DNA from: Chrysomallon squamiferum
Lineage: Eukaryota > Animalia > Mollusca
NCBI GenBank assembly: GCA_012295275.1
Contig: CM022672.1
Location: forward strand, 12,524,001 to 12,588,000
Direction: 5' to 3'
DNA length: 64,000 nt
This document shows, in pieces, positions 29,352 through 49,300 of the stretch. Under the pieces are notes generated by a model. It had not been told where the DNA came from, made no database searches, and saw only the letters and a program-made list of their open reading frames with translations. A program made the position numbers and the translations under genes. Every line of letters begins with the position of its first letter. Positions within the stretch are counted from its first letter, which is position 1.

Positions 29352-30171
29352 AAATGAAATGAAATTAAATTAAATTAAAAAAAGAAGAAAAAAGTAACAT
29401 TTAAAACTGTTTTACAGTCCGAATATAATCATTACTTTTTGCTGTCCTGCAAATAATAATACAAATTATAATAATAAAAGACAGCTGTATATGTAGTATG
29501 CTAATTTCCACGACAATCGATCGGAAGGTGTATATTTAAGTTCCTAACTGAGAAGAGTACGCATGGAATGAAGTCAGGGGGATTCATCGTTTATATCGTT
29601 ACTTGTTATTAGATTCACACTCAGACGCAGTTTCGTAGATTTTTATATATTTTTTATGAAATAAACAGTGTTTATCAAGTCACTTTTAAATATATTTAAA
29701 TAACTATTTTATACATTAATTAATTATTAAATAAGCAAATTAATGGGTAAATAAAATATGACGTTATTTAAATAATTTATATATAACTATGGGGGGAAAA
29801 TATACCAACACACACACACACATGCGAACAACATATATAAATATACATGAAATTATACGAATATCTTTATAAATCAACAAATAAATAAATTAAATTAAAA
29901 AGAAAAGAAAAAGAAAAAAGAGAAAAAAAAGAAAAAAAAACAAGAAAAAAAAGAGAGAAAAAAAAACAACAACAACAAAATTCCCCAAAACAACAACCTT
30001 AAACAGTTTCAAAAGAAATCAGGTAGTATTTTGACGAAACATAATTATTCATCTACATTCTTAATCAACACTTTTAACACTATATTAAAATTAATTACTA
30101 ACATACTTACAGTGGGCTAATGTGTAGGAGATAAATGTAAGAAAAATCACAATACTTTGGTGAATCGCCAT
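24282..30171 (-). CDS. Secreted non-catalytic serine protease homolog: signal peptide + 6-Cys clip/beta-defensin-like knot + 3 Ca-binding EGF + inactive trypsin domain; ~10 exons
   Basis: Exons (minus): 30171-30111 ([20 protein letters not shown]); 28873-28757 ([34 protein letters not shown]); 28354-28232, 27567-27445, 27010-26888 (three 123-nt phase-1 cbEGF exons); 26576-26375 (CG..LRR|[27 protein letters not shown]); 25931-~25732; 25336-25196 ([17 protein letters not shown]); 24791-24646 (LQEA..C..IC..PCL); 24452-24282 ([16 protein letters not shown]). Junctions of the first two exons and the 25732 donor are less certain. Confidence 0.88.
26686..26762. repeat. (CT)n microsatellite
   Basis: CT run in an intron of the pseudo-protease gene. 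Confidence 0.95.
27018..27340. repeat. (AAAAT)n pentanucleotide repeat tract
   Basis: ~320 nt of mostly aaaat units, purest at ~27170-27270; produces the spurious FYFIL ORFs. Confidence 0.93.
28532..28590. repeat. (AAT)n microsatellite
   Basis: Uninterrupted AAT run. Confidence 0.95.
29056..29108. repeat. Perfect 23-bp inverted repeat (hairpin, 7-nt loop)
   Basis: tttaactgacattctgctatatc (29056-29078), loop tcttttt, gatatagcagaatgtcagttaaa (29086-29108): exact reverse complements. Confidence 0.95.
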
Positions 30172-31761
30172 ATCGCAATTTCAGAAATGAGTAACGGTGA
30201 GTAATTCTAATTTTCCAGTGTTGAATAGAGTTTGTAGATGTTTTGGGTGGCGACAGTTTTCACAAAAATGTACTCTGTAAGTATAATTTCTTTTTAACTG
30301 AACGTATTTTACTTTATTGTCAAATTTATTATGTATTTATAATTATAAATTTCAAATAAAAACAGACTTTTTTTTATAAAAATTACAAATGCAGATAATT
30401 GTTACCTAAGCTTATATACTTTCGTTTATATTACTAACACATAGGTTTATTTATTATTATTATCTCTTAAATTTATCTCAAATCCGGGAACTTTCTCAAA
30501 AAGAAGAAAGCGATGTCAAAAACGCTATACGAATTGTTTAACTTCATACATAACAAACAACTTTTATTTTCAAAAAAGGTGTGACGTGAATCTACAAACT
30601 CAAAATCTGTCAGCGAACAAAAATTTCTATATCGACTGTTTAATATCTAGGTTCTTCGCATATTAGTAATGTCGTTTGGAACAATGGCGCTCAAAATTCA
30701 AACAGACGCTGAGGTCTGCGTAACATTTAGTCAATGGGAAAGCAAAGCACGAAGAAGATTTGAAAAGAATCTGAAGAGGTTTCTCAGCGCTAATATCAAC
30801 AAAGTTAACCAATAATAGAATACATTTTAATTACTATTACTGGCGTTTCCATCTGTGTGCAAGTGCGTGACACATAGTCAAAGATAAAAATTAAAATTTG
30901 TTTGAACATAAATTTGTCCGTTTCATGTATCGAATTGTTTGTTGTTGTTTTTTTGTTTGTTTTTTTTAAATTAATTTTTATCTTTGTAGTTTATAAATAC
31001 TTACGTTAAAACTGTGTACGTAGTAAGAGTTTGTAGTTAAATGTTTTCAGTATTATAATTATTATTTTCGTTTTAAACTTTATTTTCGTATTTCATTTTG
31101 CATTGATGTATGAATTATGGATATTTATGTGTCTGTTTCTTTTGTATATATGTTTCTTTCTCCGTATGAATATGCATAACCTGAGTGTTTGTCAGTATAT
31201 TACAATGTTTATTTATAAATGAATGTTTGTTTAGAAAGTTTATATAAAGATGTTAAGAAACAGAGAATCTTGCCAAAAATATTATGAATGAAACCTTTAG
31301 ATATAATTAATATTATACAAGTGCAACGTTTTATTTTCTATTAATAAATTGATTTAAATTAAAAAAAATAAATAAATAAAACTAAAAATATTTGTTTTCT
31401 TTTTTAAAGTTCCAACGGAACATTAGCAATCACTAATTGTATTTCATCATTTGTATGCTATTACAGACATAAATTATAAACGAAATTGAATATTGTCTGG
31501 AATGAAAACTGCTTAAAGAACAAAATGAAGTTAAATAGCAGCTTAGCAGCAACGGAGGTTACCTCTATTTCGAACACAGAAAAACGGATCTCTTCATATC
31601 AAGGAGGAAATACTACAACATAACGAAACAGCTATGGCTTCTGAAATGAAAAGCTGTTACCGTGTCGAGACGTGTTCGTGGATAATGTATCTTTCTTTTT
31701 GATGTTTTGTCCCCCTTTTCACAGGGTGCAAATAAGGCCACAGTTACTTAAATATGCTAAA

Positions 31762-37678
<5,917 letters not shown>

Positions 37679-40600
37679 AAAGTTGTAATAATTGCAAGAG
37701 AGGTCTGAATTTTGTTAAAAACCTAATGATAATAAGGGATTTCTTAATACATTGATTATAATTTCAATATGATAATGATATGATGCACAAAATTTAGGAT
37801 AATAAATCTATAATATATATATAGTTACTTAAAAAAGCACATTTAATTTTGGTTAAAAAAAATGGTGTACATATTCTGTCATTTAAAAATAAAAAAAAAT
37901 TATTTGTTCTTGATATATACAGATTGATTTTTTTTAATTGATATTCATTTGTTTACGTGAAACAATTTTCCTGTTAACATATTTTGTTTATTTAAATATA
38001 TACAACATTTTCAGTATGTTTTGGTACTTAATTCTATTTTATATCTAATCTTGCTTCTGCAGTTTAAGTTCACAGATCTTGTATTCTTTGCATCAAGAAT
38101 TAATTGCCTCATATTTTATTTTATTTTTATTTTTTATAACTATTTAAGAGTGGCAAGCTTCAATATCTACATGATCATTTATTAAAACTGACAAGGTGGG
38201 CGTTTGTTATAATTGTTCAGTTTTTCAAAATTACAATTATTTTTTTTATAAATGTTTTTGTTATTATTATTTTGCAACTTGTTTTCATTTATTGATTGAT
38301 ATTAATCATGTTAAATATACAAGACTATCAATATGCATTGCTTCATCCCAGAATCTTTAATTTATTTAACTGTAAAGTGGATGGTGATGCCACATAGATC
38401 TGTTTGTCTTTTTATTTAAAACAAAGCTGAAATTAAAATTATATTTATTCACTGTTTGTTTATAATTATGTTAAGTATACAAAAGAAGTTTTACAGACCT
38501 GTTATTTATTTAGTTCAGTAAATTATCGAGTTTGAAATATTAACTATTTCTTTCTTTAATGATCAGAAGTCACAGCTTTGAACAGGTTTTAGTAATGACA
38601 GATATATTCTGATTTCATTAATTACATAGGCAAATTGCAATTTAATACCTTTAAAATTAACATTTATCTGTTACCTGCCTCAAAATCAAAGTGTATTTAT
38701 TTCCTGAATAAAATAATAAATACTTAATATATGAACTTACATACGAATGTACAGTCGAACATACAAATTAATATATAACATTCCCAATTTTTATTACACT
38801 ATATGGATAAAACTCGTCCTATTATTGAAGAGATTATTTTACATGTTAATTTATTTTTCTGTTGTTGTTTTTGTTTTTATATTTCAGTATTCAGATTAAT
38901 AATTTCTTCATTTAAAAATGTATTTTATCAGTTCATTATTTACTTTGTTCCGTTTCTTTGTTGTTTTCAGTTTCTTTGTTTAAAGTTTAATATGGGTGTT
39001 TAATGATTTTGTTATTCAAAAGATTGGTGCATTTATTTCATCCATCCATAGTGTTATAATTATTCATTTTTTTTAAATTTTGGTCCAAATTAATAGGATA
39101 GAACCAAAATGTTCTCTTTCTGATCATAAATTTAAATATATTTTTTAGCTTATTTTTTGCACATTCTCTATATACTTATTTTTGGCAAAAGTTATTATCA
39201 CATTGTTTGGAATATTGTTTATTTTTATTACTATTTTCAAGCCCTTGGCTTGTATTAGTATTACCAAAGTAACATTTAAACAGTTACCTACAGTTATGTT
39301 ATTAATTTATTTATAATTATCTACACAACAGCTACAAATGATGATTTTCACTGCCTCAGTATTTGTTAATTAACAGATTTAATTTATTTACCTGTCTGTT
39401 GTTATACAAATTTCATCATGACTTTTATTGTTTATGGAGCAGAGCTCAGAATCTATTTTTCTTGTTGAAATCTCTGTTTTCTTTTATTACATAACAGTTT
39501 GCTGAACCTCAGGCAAATTGTGGTCTGAACTGTATTAGTAATGTGAAATATGCTAAATAAATTTGTCTGTGAGTTTGCAAAACTAACAATTAGGCTTTGA
39601 AAAATAAATTATAATGTAGTACTGTAAAATGTATTTTGTAGGTCTTGTTAATGAATGTATTTCAATGTGTAATATATCTTAGTAAGTGACATAGCTTCAT
39701 TTTATCTAATAAAATCAAGTTTCTGTCTAAACAGGATAATTAGTTAAAATATTCTGATAAATATTTTCATTTCTTCTTTTTTTTTGGTGTTATTTCTTTA
39801 TCTATCTATCTATATCTATTTATTTATTTATCCATTTATGCATTTACCCAGAAATATTATTTTTCTATTGAATTTTCCAAAAACAATATCAGACATAAGA
39901 ATTATACAGTTTATTGTGCTGAAACAACATAAACATAACACATTGATGAAGATAGTTTCAGCTGTGTAATGTTATTCATAATGTATAATCAGATAGGTTA
40001 GAGTTTTGACAGTTGAAAAAATAAATAATAACATATTACAATAATGTTAATATGACCAGTAGCATTGATTTGATACACTTCTTTTTTCTGTCTTTCTTTT
40101 ATCTCTCTAGTGTGGGGAATTTACAAGTGATGTTGGCTATTTAATGGAGTTTTATCTGCTCAGATCTCTACTTTGCATTTGTGTAAAAGAATGTGATTAA
40201 AACAAAATTATTAGTATATAAAATTAAAGGGAAGTAAATAAAGCACCTTGCTAAATTTCAGGAACAGCTTTTTATATTTGATCAACAGTGTGTTGTCATT
40301 TTCTATAACATTTAGATTCTGAAGCTTTTGTTTTATAATTACACATGTATAACCACAGCAATTATGAAAACTATTTATAGTTTAAAAAAGTTGTGTGAAC
40401 ATTGTTTTAGAAATATTTTCTGTGGCATTTTTACCATTAATAAGTTGCTTATTCTATATTTGAAATGTTAGAAATAAAAATAAATAAGTACTTTATTAAA
40501 AAATAAAAACAATGTCTAAGCAGAATTAAAATGTAATTCCATATCACTGTTATAAGTTAAAACAGGGTTGTATGTTTTCAGGTTTTGCTATAGCTCACAG

Positions 40601-41392
40601 TGTTGACTCGTACACCTCACTGTGATGTGGCTGCAACATACAAATACTAGATTTGTATCTTTTGTTCAGACTTATAAACGTGGGTCAGATATTTCAAGTT
40701 GTGTATTTTTTAGGGATATCTTTTTTTTTTCCCCCAGTGGTTTACATATCTGTGATAACTTGCATTCATATATATGGTATTATTTTGTTTTCAATGTTGT
40801 TATTGAAAAAAGTGGAAATAAAGTAATGTGCAATATGCTTGAAATATATTTTGTTAGAAGAACCATTGTTAATGTATGTACTGTTTATTGAAACATTAAA
40901 TATGCCTTTATTATAACTACATATTTAGTATTTGTTGTGAAGATCTAAATAAATAAAACTAAAAAACCCAACAAAGATGTATTTGTTTTTCTTTTCATCA
41001 ATCCATATACACACACATACAAATTATAATATTTAGTTTTGCTACAAACATCTGTAAGGAGAGTCAGAGTAAATTTAGTTTATGTTTTTCAGAAAGCTAC
41101 AGATAATCAGCAAGAGCAAAAAGATGGAGTCAGTAATGGTTGTTGGGTGTACCAGATTTGAATTTGTCAATCATTTTAGCTTTTTTTTAAATTTATTTAC
41201 TGAACCAATTTTTTCAGCAGTTTTCTTGAAATTGACATTCTTATAGGAGCCTCAAGATAAACTCAGTCAGTTGTCTGGATAAAAGTGGATTTCCAGGCTG
41301 GTAGCAATTTTGGGAAAACAGAATAATCTGTTACAAGAGGCTCCATTGAGCCATCTGGACATTTTTTAACATTTTACCTCATCATCATCATT

Positions 41393-41395
<3 letters not shown>

Positions 41396-41452
<57 letters not shown>
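41396..41452. repeat. (ATTT)n microsatellite
   Basis: ATTT run followed by ATCT units. Confidence 0.9.
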
Positions 41453-44400
41453 TCTATCTATCTATATATCTTTTTATTTTATTTTATTTCTTTGCAGATT
41501 TATTAATATCACATTTTCTTATGATGTTTTTTTTTGTTTTTTTTGTGCGTTTAATATATCATTTTGGTAGTTGGAAAAGAAAAAAAGTAATCTTGAAACT
41601 TTTCCTTAAAATATTTTGATATATATATTTTCTACAGTTGTTTAAAACAAGATTTAATAACGTATATTATTTACTGATATAAATAATATTTCAAATAATT
41701 TTATTTTATTTAGGTTTTCTGGTTGCTAATTTAAACTGATGGTATTTGAAGAATTACTGCTACACTTTGTATTTTATATAGAATTTCAAATACATCTGAA
41801 TAATATAAGACTTGTTTTCCACAAAGTTGCTTTGTTTTACATAAACAGCATATATAACAGTTTATGTTAAATTACTGCTAAAAGTTAAATATCACAGATA
41901 AAACCAATTTATTCAGATAAATAAATAATAAAAAAACTCATGCAGATAAACTGTGCATACAAATATAATATTGAGATAACAAATCTTACTTGTACAGATA
42001 AATATGAATTTTTATTCTTGCAGATTAAAATGTATTTCATAAAAAAGAAAATATGCTACTTAGAAGAATTTAATATCAGTGACTCTCAAGATTAATTTTC
42101 TGCATCTATATCCATTGGGCTATTTCTCATTCCAATCAATGCCCCATTAAAGATTTATCAAAGTCCATGGTAAGTACTGTCATCTCTGAGAAAATGCATA
42201 TGAAATGATTTGATATAGCTAACAGAAGTGTCATATAAAATGGTTTCTTTTCTCATACCATATTATGAAAATTACATAACTGATGTAACATGAAATATAC
42301 TTGGGTATTTCACACTTTATTACTGGATAATATAACATTAATAACCAGTCAACAAATATGCTAAGATTTGGTTAAACACTAATTTCTGCTTATGCTGGTT
42401 TTGTAATAAACTGTTAATGTTCTTTTAAAATAATCTGTCATGACAATGTTTTTTCTTGGGTTTTTTTTTCAGTAAGAACTGTAATGAAATAAAATTACCT
42501 AATATGATAAATTATTTAACAAAATGTTTTCAAACAATTGATTTAAGCAACAGCTAATAACTAGTAACTAATAATATTGTTGTTGTTGTTGTTGTTGTTG
42601 TGATTGTTAAAAAATTAAAAAACTGAAATGTAAATTGATTAATTCAAAAATAAGAATATCAAAAAAATAAATAAAAAATATAAAAGAGTTTCATAGCAGA
42701 ACATGTTATCATAAGAATGATAAAAAGTAATAATGCAATTAAATTTCAAGTATTAAAAAAAAAAAAAATATATATATGCTCAAGTATATTTGTTTACAAG
42801 CCTTATTATACACAGCCAGTATGTATAATACTTACATCCACACTTTATGAAATGTATTAGCTAATGCTACTGATACACTGATGCATTATACCTGAGTCAA
42901 TATGGTTTAGCTAATTCTGATTCATAAAACAGTATCATGCAATATTTCTTTAAAATGCTAAGCTATATAATTATCATTTCTGGAATTAAGAAAAATGAAT
43001 AAATAAATAATAAAAATAATATTTCCCATTTCCTGGGGATTTCATACTGAAGTGAAAAATGTGCTTGTGCGCTTCTTACTGGGAAAAAAATACATCTTGT
43101 CTTTTAAGTAAAAAAATCCAGTGATGGCCTATAAATGTGTGTATGTGTGTATGTGTGTGTGTCTGCGTGTATACATTTATTTCCATTATTTTATTTAATT
43201 ACTTTTTTTATTAAAGGCACTTTTCTAATAAAGAAATATACTCAGGTATTGGACATGTTTCATTACTTGTTATAAAACATTTAAATATTTACTGTCCAAC
43301 ACAAGAAGTTACAAAGAATAAATTGAAGAGGTCTAAATTACCATAAACAAACAAAACATCTCTTGTTCAAACATGAGAGTTTTTTAAACAAGAGTTAACA
43401 GCTGCAAGATTTACTTACTGCACAAATCTGTTTCAAATATTTGGCAGTATCAGGCACAAAGTACAAAAAGATTAAAATAGTTGAAATCAAGAGGTGATGA
43501 GGTAATTTGGTGTTGTTTAAAAGCAATGGAAGAAAGATTAAATGGAAATTTAAGAGCGCTGATGAAAGGCAAGGGTCCTAGTAAATAGTTGCCAGGACAA
43601 AATAAAAAAAAAATAAAAATAAGACAAAAAAAGGAACAGAATTTTTAATGGGAAAACTGTTGATCAAAGGCAAAGGGCAGATATAAAAAACGATTTTCAA
43701 AAATATATTATTAGAAAATAGAAAAATTATTGATGTAATGCCAGGTAAAGATTTACAAAAAAAAAGAAAAAAAAAAGATATAAAAATAAATAAATAATAA
43801 TAATAATAAAATAATTAAGAAAACAGTAAACAGAATTATTAAGGAGCTTTGTTAAAAAAAAGAAAAAAAATTGTCTTTTTTGGGGGAAAATTAAGTATTA
43901 CTTATCACTTATATTTAGATAAGAAAACAATACAACATTAATTAAAGACATGAAGATAAATGCCTTCACCACACACACACACCCACACACACACCCAACC
44001 ACCCAAACATACACACACATATATAGTGAATATTTGTAAAGGGACAAATTAAGAAGCTTCAGGCCAAATGAAATGTTTGATATGAAAAAAAGAAAAGAAA
44101 TAATTTTGTATAGATTTAAGGTTAGGTAAATGTTTGCTGCAGGTAACAGACAAATTAAAGCCAAATCACATCAAAGTCAATGTTACAAAACAAATATCTT
44201 TCTTCTTTTTCTGGAGAGACTTTCATAAAAGTTCAAATGATAATGTATGTGTATGTGTAAACATGCTAAAAATATATTAAAGGTAAGAATATCACTAATC
44301 CTGCTTCCCTTCATGTTTTTTGGTTTTGCAGATTAACAATAAATTAATGATGATCTATTTTTAGATAATTATAAATAATTTTCATCAGTAAATTATTAAT

Positions 44401-44557
44401 TTATAAATAAAATAACTATGTTACAAAAAAAGGGCCCCTAATAATGGGGATTTAAGTTCTAGTTCTATTATTTAATTAGATAAAATGTAAAGCAAATGAA
44501 CAATTTAAAGTATGCAAATATATATAAAAATATAAATCTTTAAATATTACTTAAATC

Positions 44558-45308
44558 CTAGAGTAATTCTTCTTCATTTTTGTGTGCTAATTGTTTCAGA
44601 AGCTTTTTCTTCTTTTTACGTTTTGTTTGAGGTAAAGGAGGTAGTTTTCTCCCTAGTTCGGGAGAATTGTTTTCATCTAATCCAGCACTGGCACCCATTC
44701 CTACAAAGTCCACATCATTGTAAGTTGGTTTAGGCTTATAAAAACTGTCGTCTTCAGCTGCAGGGGTGTTGTTGTAGCTGTAGCTGGAGACAGAATCTCG
44801 TTTTCTTCCCATAATTAAGTTGTCGTCAAAAGCTCTATTTTGATAGCTTGGTTTTGAACTTAGGTTTCTGTATGGAACTGCTTCATCGCTGTCGTCCTCA
44901 TTGTCTTGCACCTTGGGAAGAGATTTGCGTTGTTTTCCTGAGTGTCTCTGAGAGGGATGCCTTCTGAAATGAAATTTATATCAGACGTTAAAGAAATCAC
45001 AAGCTTTAGTAAGAATTGTTTGTAAAGATGAAATTAATAACTAATAAAAAGAAACATTAGAAAAAATAATAAGACTGCAGAAAATACCATAAAAAATTAT
45101 GCTAAAAAATAGTATCAAGAACAAATGAAGAAAGAAAGAAAAAAGAAAGTCAGAAAGAAAATAAATACTATTTATTTAAGTCTTTTAATTCTATAAAGGT
45201 ATATTTTTATTGCCCTTTACATCAGCAGTATTTGGTATTGACAACTTAAAAAATCACAAATAACTTTGATTATAGTTTTTTTTTTTAAAAGATGATTACA
45301 TTTATAAT

Positions 45309-45343
<35 letters not shown>

Positions 45344-46359
45344 TAACAATATTAAGACTATAACTAATAATATCAATATTATTCACTACTACTCCTACTA
45401 ATAATAATAGCAATACTAATACTACTGCTGCTACTCCTACTAACTAATAAGAAGAAGAAAAGAAAAGAATAAATTTAAAAGCAAATTCACAGTGCACAAT
45501 ACACTCACTCCTGTATATATTTTGTGCAGATAAATCATCAAAGTTTGATACATACACCAGTTAGTATCAAAATACAAACAGTTGTGAGATAATCAACATA
45601 TATAACTTAATTTCATTGTTGTTTGTACTCTAGAATATCATTAATATAAGATTTTAAAATATTTAAAAAATATATGTATATATTTTATATTCCAATGGAT
45701 CATTTGTTTTTATTTACTTTTTTATCTGTTATTTTTATTTTAAAAAATGTTTTAGCAGCATACATTTTATCAATAAATAAAATTGGTAAAACACATCAAT
45801 TATTGTATCTGAAACAGGAAGTTTAATTATATATTGCCAAATAAAAAAATAATAATAATAATAAAAAATAATAAAAATGTGTTTAACATGATCTGGAGTG
45901 TCAAAAAAGATATTCCAATGCTCGTGTGTTTGATTAATTTTTTTTTTCCCCATAAATATACACAGAAAAATTATTTTAATAATTGTTGTACAGGTACTGG
46001 ACCAATTATAATTGTCCTGAAATCTGGAAAGACCAGAAAACTGGAAGTTTTTTCCTGACGCTAGTTTCATAGTTCGCACATGTAGGGTGTTATCCTCACC
46101 AGACCGGAACTACTCTTTCAAGCCGCATGGCATTCATTCACTCGCTGCATTGTTTACATGTCAAGTTGCCACTGTTGTGTATCATCATTTCTTTATGTTT
46201 TTAATTTTAAAATGTTTATGCCACATTATTTAAGTGTTTAGATGCCTTGGTACCAGAAAACTGGAAAATCCACAAATCCAGAATGCCCCAGGCCCCAAGG
46301 AATCCAGATCATTGGTCCGGTACCTGTATTGTAATTTTACTACTAATTGTAATGCAGAT

Positions 46360-46399
<40 letters not shown>

Positions 46400-49300
46400 T
46401 AACAACAATAATAATAATATAATAATAATAATAAAATTTGACAACTTTTAGATATACTGAGTAAATATCCTGCCTTTTGTCAGCCATCTTTAAATGCAAC
46501 CAGTAAGAATTCTTTAAATATATTTCACCAAAATTGTCTTTTATCACAAATTTGTGAAACTGGATGCTTTAGAAAATAGTAAATAATGTATCTAAATTAT
46601 CAGTTAAGATAACCACGCAGTGCATTATTCCATTATTGCTGCACCTACTTTCAGTGGATCTTTTGTAGGCTGAGGCAAAAATGTTGTACTTATGAAAGCT
46701 GCTCTTCTGGCCTAATGGAAAAAACTTATTGTGTGCACAACATATGTGACAGGAAAGTCATTTTCCTACGTTAAATCTTATCTTTGCCTTTACATCTTTT
46801 AAAAACTGTTCAAAATGTAATCTTAATCATAAAATTTACTGTAGTTTTGAGATCATAAAATTTTGAAATTATTTATTAATTTATTTTCTTCAAATTTATA
46901 TTCAGTTTAGGATAAAAGGAAAAAAGTAAAACAAGAAGAAACTAAACAGTTTCTATAATTTAACATAAAAAATTCATATTCTGAATAAAAATATTTAAAA
47001 GATTAGAATTAAATGATAACACAGTCTTTCTTGTTATGGTAGCAAATTAACTCTCAAACCAGGTGAACATCTGTAACTAATGTCCTAAATAAATATGCAT
47101 ACTCTGAAAGTTCATAATCCAGTTTGTAAAGCATATATAATGATGGACAAATAACTGGGTGATAGAGATATAAACTAATGTAGGCAAAAAAAAAAATTTA
47201 ATCTAAAAGCTAGGTTTACCCTAAAAGACTTAAGTTGGAACCCTGTCGACTAAGTCTTCTTTCTGAAACCTGGGTTGCTAGGACACGTTCTGTTAGCTGG
47301 CTACTTTTCACACCACTGCCTTGGCTGAAATGATAGTAAAAGTGTTTATGAAAAACAGCTTGTAAAATAAAATAACAGTGAATTATTATTATTTTTTTTA
47401 TTATTTTTTTTTTTACAAAGGACAGCAAGCAAATACAGGTTTCAAACCATTTATCTGGCTTTTGGAAATCCAGAAAATCCAGAAAACCAGCAATTATTTA
47501 TTATTATTATTAAGTGACTACTTTAAATTAGTCATGCAGTAAGTCACCACTTGCTGCATTAGTCATTAACATGACATACATGTTGAATGGTTTAAGTGAG
47601 ACTGTTGCTGTGTAGAGATATATCTCTCACAAGAAGTCATTATACCTGTCAAATTAAATTACGTTCTTTAATTTTCATCTGATATATCATACATGATATC
47701 GTAAGAAATTTAAGTGTTTTAAGAAGTGTATTAATTTGTAAAGATATCATTTAAATAAAATTATGCTCTTTCTTTTCTTCATTTAATTTTTTATTATAGA
47801 TCATAGTCTATACTTAAGATTTTTAATGGATTACAAAAGAAGTATGTATTTAGTATGTGTCTAGAAATCTGGAGCACCTCCAGTCCCAGGATTGCTTGAT
47901 AAATGATTCGGTACCTGTAACAGTTATAACACACTAGGAAAGAAAACATAGCAGAATTTCAGTGATGATTAAATCAACAATGAAAGCTACACATACTGAC
48001 ATTCTGTTGTTGTGATGCACCTAAAAACTGCAAACTGGAGAAGTGAACAATACATTAAAAAATCTTTAACAATGCCTTTGGCAATCAGTCCTGTATTAAA
48101 CAGAGAAAATATTTTTATTAGTATATTTGATTCAATATTGACACAGTTACCAATATATTTATTTTGTTCAGAAAAGGTGTCAAATATTCATTCATTCATT
48201 AACTCCAAGATAAAGTAAAGAATAATAAAAGTCAGTTAAGCTTTATTATGGCAAATTAATACTAATAAATTACACCCAGTAAGATATTTTATACGATGGC
48301 TATTTCCAGTAACCTTAGAAATGTAGCCCAGGAAATACAACCAAAGAACGAAATGGTATAACAGAAATATTGCACATTTTTCCAAGTATTATCCTATTCA
48401 CTAATTCAGCTGCAAAAGTAATTATAAAGAAAAAAGTGAAAAATTGTACTTTTCTGTATCGGTGACGCCTTGGTTAGCAATGTCTTTTTCATTGTAGATT
48501 TTTGTCAGCATTTCCTTAATATCTTCTACTGTTTTACTCGGAAACAGCATTTGAAGAACATGCGTAAGGTCTTCCTTTTTAAAACTGCCAACCTTCACCA
48601 AACCAGAGATAAACTGAAGTTCCTGTTGAGTCAAATTAAATTTTTAGTAATTCAGAAATCAGGAATCATTTAATTAAAAATGTGAAATGTTGTTTTCACT
48701 ATTCATACTTACTAAGCATGTATTTATTCATAATATTTTATGTGCTCTGAAACACACAATTACTGGATGGTACTTCAATCTAACTGAATATTTTGATGAA
48801 TTATTTCTCTGATGATTAATTAAAAAAGATGAATTCCTGAGCAAAATGCAGAACCAGATGAGAAGTTTTTTTTATTTTTGTGCAAAGTTTCTGTGAACAA
48901 CAAGGCTGCTGCTGCATGACACTTTGACAAAGGGTAAAGAAGGTCATTACCCTGTTTTTTACTTTACTCAGCTGCAATTGTAAATTTAGAATGTAAAAAA
49001 TTGGGGATTTTTATCTGGAACAAAATATTACGTTATGATATTAGAACAAAAATTGTCTTTTTAAGAGACTGATTTATTATTCTTTTGGCATAAATATGTT
49101 ATTTTATCTTACATTAAATATATATATTTTTTAAATGCATACACACATTCATTTATTGCTGCAATGAACAATTTCTGTGATGTTTATAATGCTATATGTG
49201 TATTAAGGACCATACTGTTAACAGGACAAAATATTTACAGTATCTTCATGACAGACTATCTTTTTCTGATTTGTAAAAAATAAGGATCTTTTATAAGCAC

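Noticed and set aside
31525-31557. Alternative CCDC149 first exon MKLNSSLAATE|GT
   Set aside because: Weak donor (GTTACC), no homology support.
31650-31675. Possible RFX X-box upstream of CCDC149 (gttaccgtgtcgag)
   Set aside because: Only one half-site fits the consensus.
46649-46711. AG/GT-bounded possible extra EVC2 exon
   Set aside because: Contains a stop in the phase-2 frame required by the upstream exon; 47220 splices in frame directly to 44963.
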